From Vulcanimicrobiota bacterium (GTDB taxonomy: Bacteria; Vulcanimicrobiota; Vulcanimicrobiia; Vulcanimicrobiales; Vulcanimicrobiaceae), in the NCBI GenBank assembly GCA_963714015.1, contig OY970223.1, forward strand, positions 320,001 to 384,000: a stretch of 64,000 nt of DNA, read 5' to 3'. This document shows positions 61,123 to 64,000 of the stretch, one piece after another (positions within the stretch are counted from its first letter, which is position 1; each line of letters opens with the position of its first letter). Below the pieces are notes generated by a model. It was not told where the DNA came from. It did not search any database and was given only the letters and a program-made list of their open reading frames with translations. Position numbers and translations under genes: made by a program.

Positions 61123-63522
61123 TTGCCCGAAACACTAGCCGGGTTGGTCAAGACCTACCGCTCGAGCGCGGGGATGTCGCAGGAGTTGCTGGCGGAGCGT
61201 TCAGGCCTGAGCGTCCGCACGATTGGCGACATCGAGACCGGCTTTCAGCGGTCCCCGCGCCTCATTACGATCGTGCTCATCGCGCAAGCGCTGCAGCTAA
61301 ACGAAGAAGACCGCGCGTGCCTGCAAGGGGCGCTTCCGAAGCGGGGCGCCAAAGACGACGGCACCTCACCTCCGGCAAAAGCTTCGCTGCCGCACATCCC
61401 GCTCTTCGGCCGGGACCGCGAGATTGCCGATATTACGGCAAAGCTGAACGGGGGCGGGGCGCGCCTGCTGACGCTCACCGGTCCGGCGGGCGTCGGAAAG
61501 ACCAGTCTCTGCGCTTGCGCAGCGGCACGATGCGCCGAGCGTTTCGACTCCGTTACGATGGTCCCGCTGGCGCCGATCTCGGACCCGAAGCTCGTTCCTT
61601 CGGCGCTTGCGACCGAACTGGGACTACGCGAGCAGAGTGAAGCGCCGCTTCCTGCGGCCATTGCGGCCGAGTTGGGAAACGGACGGCGTTTGCTGGTGCT
61701 CGACAATTTCGAGCAGGTTCTGCCGGCTGCAGCTTGGCTCGGCGAACTCCTCACGCAATGTCCGGCTCTGACGGCGCTCGTCACCAGCCGCGAGCGTCTG
61801 CACTTACGGATGGAGCACGCGTATGCTATTCGTCCGCTCGAGAACTCCGCCGGCGTAGATCTTTTCGTCGAACGCGCGCGCGCCGTGAATTTCGACTTCG
61901 CACTAACGAGTGCAAACGAGCCCGTCATCAAGTCCATCGTTCAGCGGCTCGAAGGACTGCCGCTCGCGATCGAATTGGCGGCGCCGCGTTTGGTTCTCCT
62001 TACGCCGCAAGCGCTGCTCGCTCGCCTGGAGCGCCGTTTACCGCTGCTGGAGAGCGGGCCGGTGGATCTTCCGCAGCGCCAGCAAACGATGCGCAATGCC
62101 ATCGAGTGGAGCTACGATCTGCTGTCCGCGCACGAGCAGCGGCTCTTTCGGGCGATGGGCGTCTTCAGCGGCGGAGCAACGATCGAAGCGGCGTCCGCGG
62201 TCTACGCCGAGCGCGAGGAAAACATTCTCTCGATTCTTGCGGCGCTCGTGGAGAAGAGCTTGCTTTCCCTATCCGAGGACGATGAAGGCGAACCGCGCAT
62301 CGCTATGCTGGAGCTGCTTCGCGAGTTCGCGCTCGAACGGATTAAGCAAGCCGGAGAAGCCGCGCAAGCTCAAGCGCGAATGGCCTCTCACTTCTTGGAA
62401 TTCGCGGTTCACGCTGAGGCGGCGTTAAAAGGCGCGAATCAAGTGCACTGGCTTGCTCGCGTCGAGCGGGAATACGCGAATATCCGGGCCGTGCTGGACT
62501 GGTCAGTGCACGGCGGACATCTCGAGACCGGAATGCGGTTAGCCGGCACGATGGCCCGTTTCTGGTGGATGCGCGGTTACTTCAGCGAAGGACGCTCGTG
62601 GTGCGATCGGCTCCTGGACGGCATGAATTCAAGTGTGCAAGCCGTCTCCTCTTTCGGCGAAGCGAAAGTGCTGCAGGCGAACGTTCTATTGATGAACGCA
62701 ATGGGCGACTTCCAAGAAGCGATGGCGCCTTGCGAACGCGCTGTAGCACTTTGGCGTGAAATCGGTGACGACGGCGAGTTGTCCATCTCGCTCAACTCAC
62801 TTGGCATCATGCTGCAAATGCTCGGGCGCTACGACGAAGCGCGGGGAACGCACGAAGAAGCGTTGTCGATTCGCCGCCGCATCGGTGACCGTTACGGGAT
62901 CGCCACCTCGCTCGGAAGTCTCGCCTCGGTCGCGCACGCCGGGAACGACACCGCGGCGGCAATTACTGCCGTCGAAGAGAGTATCGACATTTTCCGATCG
63001 CTCGAAAACGCCTCGGCGCTCTCCATTTCACTTACCAAGCTGGGAAGACTGTTGCACGAAACGCGCAATTACGAACGCGCGAACCAGATGTTCGAAGAGA
63101 GCTTGGCGCTCCAAATGCTGATCGACGACAAGGCGAACATGGCGTACTCGTACGACCGGCTCGCCGTGGTGGCATCGGATCTGGGACGGTACGACGTTGC
63201 GCGCGAGCGGTGGCGCCAGGCCTTCGAGTTGCTGGAGGCAGCCGCAAATAAGTCCTTGATCGCCGAAGCGCTCGAAGGCCTAATGGTTTTAGCGATCCGC
63301 CAGGGCGATTATCGCCAAGCCGCGCACATGTGCGGTGCGGCCGAAGCGCTTCGCGAAGCGATATCGGCGCCGATGTGGCCGCACCAAGTTGCGGACTACG
63401 GATCGCGCGTCCGCGAGATTCGCGACGAATTGGGAGATGCAGCCTTCGCCCAGGAACGGCGATTGGGCGCCTGCGCGCCGCTGCGGCAAATTCTGAACGA
63501 AACATTCGCAGTAACGGTTTAA
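61123..63522 (+). CDS. XRE-HTH + STAND ATPase + TPR regulator
   Basis: GGAG RBS; GMSQELLAERSGLSVRTIGDIE, GPAGVGKT, LLVLDNFEQ, LEGLPLAIELAA, IEWSYDLL; TPR repeats. Confidence 0.9.
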   Translation: MPETLAGLVKTYRSSAGMSQELLAERSGLSVRTIGDIETGFQRSPRLITIVLIAQALQLNEEDRACLQGALPKRGAKDDGTSPPAKASLPHIPLFGRDREIADITAKLNGGGARLLTLTGPAGVGKTSLCACAAARCAERFDSVTMVPLAPISDPKLVPSALATELGLREQSEAPLPAAIAAELGNGRRLLVLDNFEQVLPAAAWLGELLTQCPALTALVTSRERLHLRMEHAYAIRPLENSAGVDLFVERARAVNFDFALTSANEPVIKSIVQRLEGLPLAIELAAPRLVLLTPQALLARLERRLPLLESGPVDLPQRQQTMRNAIEWSYDLLSAHEQRLFRAMGVFSGGATIEAASAVYAEREENILSILAALVEKSLLSLSEDDEGEPRIAMLELLREFALERIKQAGEAAQAQARMASHFLEFAVHAEAALKGANQVHWLARVEREYANIRAVLDWSVHGGHLETGMRLAGTMARFWWMRGYFSEGRSWCDRLLDGMNSSVQAVSSFGEAKVLQANVLLMNAMGDFQEAMAPCERAVALWREIGDDGELSISLNSLGIMLQMLGRYDEARGTHEEALSIRRRIGDRYGIATSLGSLASVAHAGNDTAAAITAVEESIDIFRSLENASALSISLTKLGRLLHETRNYERANQMFEESLALQMLIDDKANMAYSYDRLAVVASDLGRYDVARERWRQAFELLEAAANKSLIAEALEGLMVLAIRQGDYRQAAHMCGAAEALREAISAPMWPHQVADYGSRVREIRDELGDAAFAQERRLGACAPLRQILNETFAVTV

Positions 63523-63592
63523 TCGTTGGCTGGGAGACCTCGACGGAAATCCGACGTAAGCAAGACGGGGCAGGCGCTACGCTCTTGTCCTA

Positions 63593-64000
63593 ATGCCGCT
63601 TTCCGACTTTGAACGCGCGCTAAGGGTTCTTACGGGAGACGCGCCGCCGGGCGAACGCGCACTGGCCGCTGCTTTTCTTTCGGCAGAATTCAACGAAATC
63701 GAAAAGCCCGGATCTCCGATCTCTACGGCCGATCCGGCTCAGCGAATGTTCGGCTACGGCGAACGGCATGAGCCGGCGAGCTTCTGGGACGGGCGAACGA
63801 TCCGATCCGGTACGATAACCTATGCGCGCGAGGATCGGATCGAGCAGTACGTCGGACGGAACAGCTGGATTGCTTACGACCCGGCGATGTTCGGAGATAC
63901 GCTGCCGCAAGAGGGCGATCAGATCCGGATTTCGCCTCGCCGCGACTCGGTGCAGATCGAACGTATCGGTCCCAATCGTCTCGGTTCGGGCGGATCCAGG
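63593..64000 (+). CDS. Hypothetical protein with a KfrB-like segment; runs off the window
   Basis: Open 136 codons, absent from the track: MPLSDFERAL...SGTITYAREDRIEQYVGRNSWIAYDPAMFGDTLPQEGDQIRIS. Confidence 0.55.
   Translation, partial: MPLSDFERALRVLTGDAPPGERALAAAFLSAEFNEIEKPGSPISTADPAQRMFGYGERHEPASFWDGRTIRSGTITYAREDRIEQYVGRNSWIAYDPAMFGDTLPQEGDQIRISPRRDSVQIERIGPNRLGSGGSR

Noticed and set aside
63620..63910. Minus-strand ORF in the track
   Set aside because: Shadow of the more protein-like plus-strand ORF starting at 63593.

Overview
GC-rich bacterial chromosome segment. Gene content (csaB/DUF5693, many beta-propeller lipoproteins, S53 sedolisins, several STAND-TPR regulators, membrane-GAF proteins) suggests a soil Terrabacteria lineage such as Candidatus Eremiobacterota; this is inference only. 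The left end is housekeeping: ileS, csaB, DUF5693, enoyl-CoA hydratase and tRNA-Val(TAC). A ~12.5 kb accessory block follows, bounded by tRNA-Val and a copy of that tRNA's 5' half plus promoter. It carries a PDZ-multiTM-GAF sensor with no output domain, a DUF1778/GNAT toxin-antitoxin pair, a cyclase-STAND-TPR, an S53 peptidase, a 57-aa microprotein and a 2TM-GAF-STAND-TPR. Further right are a stress cluster with SigB/SigF-like promoters, a Fic protein, two more S53 peptidases, lipoproteins, a C-terminal protease, a diguanylate cyclase, a GH92 fusion and regulators. About 16 single-base indels break genes; most sit in or beside AGCT, which points to a methylation-linked long-read error rather than true pseudogenes. 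Best leads: the split TM-GAF/STAND system, the 5'-type tRNA island, a structured terminator-ended leader RNA upstream of DUF5693-csaB-ileS, and the AGCT signature. No CRISPR array, rRNA, or intact integrase/transposase was seen.
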